A DNA stretch of 63,911 nt, counting the filler, from Bacteroidales bacterium (GTDB lineage Bacteria > Bacteroidota > Bacteroidia > Bacteroidales > CAIWKO01), in the NCBI GenBank assembly GCA_035389045.1. It is 4 parts of 4 records of this genome, joined end to end, with 100 filler letters (N's around TTAATTAATTAA, not from the genome) between each part and the next. Parts side by side here need not be neighbours in the genome. Positions count along the whole stretch, not along the records: positions 50,327 to 63,911 come from DAOORA010000093.1; 3 more parts are not named here. One strand, written 5' to 3'. Numbering within the stretch: the first letter of the stretch is position 1; the number at the start of each line of letters is the position of its first letter. The notes under the pieces were generated by a model. The model worked only from the letters and a program-made list of their open reading frames with translations. It did no database searches and was not told where the DNA came from. The position numbers were made by a program, and so were the translations under genes. This document shows positions 61,573 through 63,911 of this stretch, piece after piece.

Positions 61573-62025
61573 ATGAATAAAAAAAGATCATATATATTGA
61601 AAATCCGTTCATTTCTCCTGAAAAAGTTTCTTTGGTTAACCGGTATCATTGGTCTGGTTTTTTGGGGTTCCTGTTCCAAGTTCGATGGCGGCAATCCCCA
61701 GGCTATGTATGGTGTGCTTTTCCCTGAAATAAAATTCAGGGGCTCAGTGACCGATCAGGAAAACCAAAACCCAGTCCACGGCATCAGTGTGAAACTGACA
61801 GAAGGGAACAGCGACACTGCCTCGGCAGTTACAGATTCATTAGGCAATTATTTTATTTTTGCAAACGGCAGTTATGAAAATCAGACCTTTAAACTGATCT
61901 TTACAGATGTTGACAGTACTAACAACGGGGAATATCTGACAAAAACCATTGATGTTTCACTAAGTTTCCGGGACATGAACAACAAGGAACACATTGCCAA
62001 TGTAGAGCTGGAACCTAAAGAATAA
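61573..62025 (+). CDS. Radical-SAM-associated putative lipoprotein (TIGR04134-like); MYG motif
   Basis: Lipobox-like WGSC, QAMYGV, G.VTD...P..GI.V, TDSLGNY and FTDVD...NG.Y. Confidence 0.78.
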   Translation: MNKKRSYILKIRSFLLKKFLWLTGIIGLVFWGSCSKFDGGNPQAMYGVLFPEIKFRGSVTDQENQNPVHGISVKLTEGNSDTASAVTDSLGNYFIFANGSYENQTFKLIFTDVDSTNNGEYLTKTIDVSLSFRDMNNKEHIANVELEPKE

Positions 62026-62036
62026 ATTAATTGAAT

Positions 62037-62474
62037 ATGTCAGATAAAATAATAAAATTACGGGTTTTTTGCCTGAAAAACTTATTGCGGCTGTTGGGCA
62101 TGGCAGGGTTCAGCATGTTGGTATCCTGCACCAAATATGGCGCGCCCATTGCCGAATATGGAATAATTTCCAGCGACTATCTTGATTTTCATGGCAGGGT
62201 TGTATCGGGCGATTCGTTGCAACCCATACAAAATATCAAGGTGAAACTGAGTTTTCAACCCGACGACACCCTTACCACCCGGACGGATATAGATGGTAAC
62301 TACAGCATACACCATTATGCCGGCCAGGGGCAGACAGGGACATTGGTTTTCACGGACACAGACAGTATTCAGAACGGCAGCTTTTATCAGAAAAATGTTA
62401 TGGCAGAGGTTGATTTCAGAGATATGAACAACCTGGAGCACGAGGCCAATGTGGAATTAGAACGCAAACCTTAA
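62037..62474 (+). CDS. Radical-SAM-associated putative lipoprotein (TIGR04134-like); two YG motifs
   Basis: Lipobox LVSC, TKYGAPIAEYGI; C-terminus FRDMNN.EH.ANVELE.K shared with the previous gene. Confidence 0.78.
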   Translation: MSDKIIKLRVFCLKNLLRLLGMAGFSMLVSCTKYGAPIAEYGIISSDYLDFHGRVVSGDSLQPIQNIKVKLSFQPDDTLTTRTDIDGNYSIHHYAGQGQTGTLVFTDTDSIQNGSFYQKNVMAEVDFRDMNNLEHEANVELERKP

Positions 62475-62674
62475 CGGGGAAGGCCCTGAAAATATGTTAT
62501 ATGGCTGGGCTGCATTTATTAGTTCGTCATTCTCTTACGGGTATTTTCATTCATTTGGAAAAATGAAATATACTTTGTTAATAACTTTTATGATGCCCAT
62601 TTTGCCATTCAATTGGATTTTTTTCAAACGCACCATAGTTTTACCGGTATAGTCCAACAAAAAATTGTAATAAT

Positions 62675-63763
62675 TTGAAAAATCATTATCCCGGACTGAG
62701 AAAACGAATTGCACTGAATGTATTCAGCAAATATGTCGAAGTGCAGTCTCAGCTGCATGAGCTGAGCTATTTTTTCTGGGAATGTACACTGCGCTGCAAT
62801 ATTTCCTGTATCCATTGCGGCAGCGACTGCCGCAGCGACACGGGTATACAGGATATGCCTTACCGGGATTTCCTTAAAGTGACATCCCGTGTTAAAGAGG
62901 TTTATGATCCGCAAAAAGTGATGATCGTGATAACCGGTGGCGAACCGTTGATGCGCAAGGATCTTGAAGAATGTGGTATGGAACTGTACAGGCAGGGTTT
63001 TCCCTGGGGGTTTGTTACCAATGGATATGCCCTGACCGCTGACCGCTTTGAACGGCTTTTAAACAGTGGATTGCGTTCAATGACGGTCAGCCTCGACGGC
63101 TTTGAAGCCAATCATAACTGGCTGCGTGGTAACGTACATAGTTTTGAAAAGGCAGTAAATGCTATTGACCTGGCTGTAAAAGCAGGAGATCATATTGTAT
63201 ATGATGTGGTTACCTGTGTCAACAAAAGAAACTTTGAGGAGTTATCTGCACTCAAAAAATTCTTGACAGGGATGGGTGTGAAGCGCTGGAGGCTTTTCAG
63301 TATTTGCCCTATCGGACGGGCTAAAGAAAATCCCCTGCTTACCCTCAGCAATGCACAGTTTCGCACGTTACTTGATTTCATTAAGGAAAACCGTAGGGAA
63401 GGAGCCATAAAAACCAGCTTTGGGTGCGAAGGTTTTTTAGGTGATTATGAAGCCGAGGTGCGCGATGGATTTTTCTTCTGCCGTGCTGGTGTAAATATTG
63501 CCTCTGTCCTGGCCGACGGCACCATCTGTGCCTGTCCCAACATCGACCGGTATACCTTTGCACAGGGAAATATTTACAAAGACGACTTCATTGATGTGTG
63601 GAATAACAGGTTTCAGCAAATGCGCGACCGCAGCTGGACTAAAGAAGGGCAATGTGCAGGTTGTAAAGAATACAAATGGTGCAGGGGTAATGGTATTCAC
63701 CTGCGTGATGTAAAAAATCATGATGTGCTGCGGTGTCATTTGAAAATGATACAACAGGATTGA
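62675..63763 (+). CDS. Radical SAM/SPASM enzyme, rSAM/lipoprotein system (TIGR04133-like)
   Basis: WECTLRCNISCIHCGS (CxxxCxxC), TGGEP, VTNG, SLDG; SPASM Cys set CRAG...ICACP...CAGC.....C...RC; TTG start. Confidence 0.87.
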   Translation: MKNHYPGLRKRIALNVFSKYVEVQSQLHELSYFFWECTLRCNISCIHCGSDCRSDTGIQDMPYRDFLKVTSRVKEVYDPQKVMIVITGGEPLMRKDLEECGMELYRQGFPWGFVTNGYALTADRFERLLNSGLRSMTVSLDGFEANHNWLRGNVHSFEKAVNAIDLAVKAGDHIVYDVVTCVNKRNFEELSALKKFLTGMGVKRWRLFSICPIGRAKENPLLTLSNAQFRTLLDFIKENRREGAIKTSFGCEGFLGDYEAEVRDGFFFCRAGVNIASVLADGTICACPNIDRYTFAQGNIYKDDFIDVWNNRFQQMRDRSWTKEGQCAGCKEYKWCRGNGIHLRDVKNHDVLRCHLKMIQQD

Positions 63764-63911
63764 TTTCCCGTATTTTAAGCTCATCCATAATTGTATGGTG
63801 AAAACGTTGTGTCAAAACCAAAATGACGGGAGGGTTTATTTCTTTTAACTTTTGCTTTAGTACCTTATTTTTAATATTGATGTATTTTTTGGCATAATAT
63901 TCAATAGCAAT

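Overview
Bacteroidota (Bacteroidales-like) draft or MAG sequence. It is four contigs (1-16848, 16949-33735, 33836-50226, 50327-end) joined by artificial 100-nt spacers (N44-TTAATTAATTAA-N44), so neighbourhoods across the spacers are not biological. Contig 1 is housekeeping plus T9SS/gliding core: GGGP synthase, PPTase, recG, porP-gldKLMN, arginase-like gene, topA, miaB, DUF1295. Contig 2 has a split FadF-like Fe-S oxidoreductase, then an accessory stretch of exported proteins (ankyrin, Kelch, beta-helix), ORF6N, a repeat-flanked GxxExxY nuclease and a RAYT transposase. Contig 3 has a >2100-aa surface protein, transporters and purE/hpt/adk. Contig 4 has DUF4290-murA, an SBBP T9SS protein, an attC-like element, a RAYT pseudogene and an orphan sufB. 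The most interesting locus is also on contig 4: a radical SAM/SPASM enzyme (TIGR04133-like, with a splicease-like N-terminus) preceded by three paralogous exported proteins carrying X-Tyr-Gly motifs, a candidate system for backbone splicing of surface proteins. A second theme is a layer of very small repeats: MITEs with nested 16-33 bp palindromes (filled and empty alleles both visible), REPs inside RAYT genes, heptamer arrays and an ORF6N self-palindrome. All family assignments come from motif recognition; no database searches were run.
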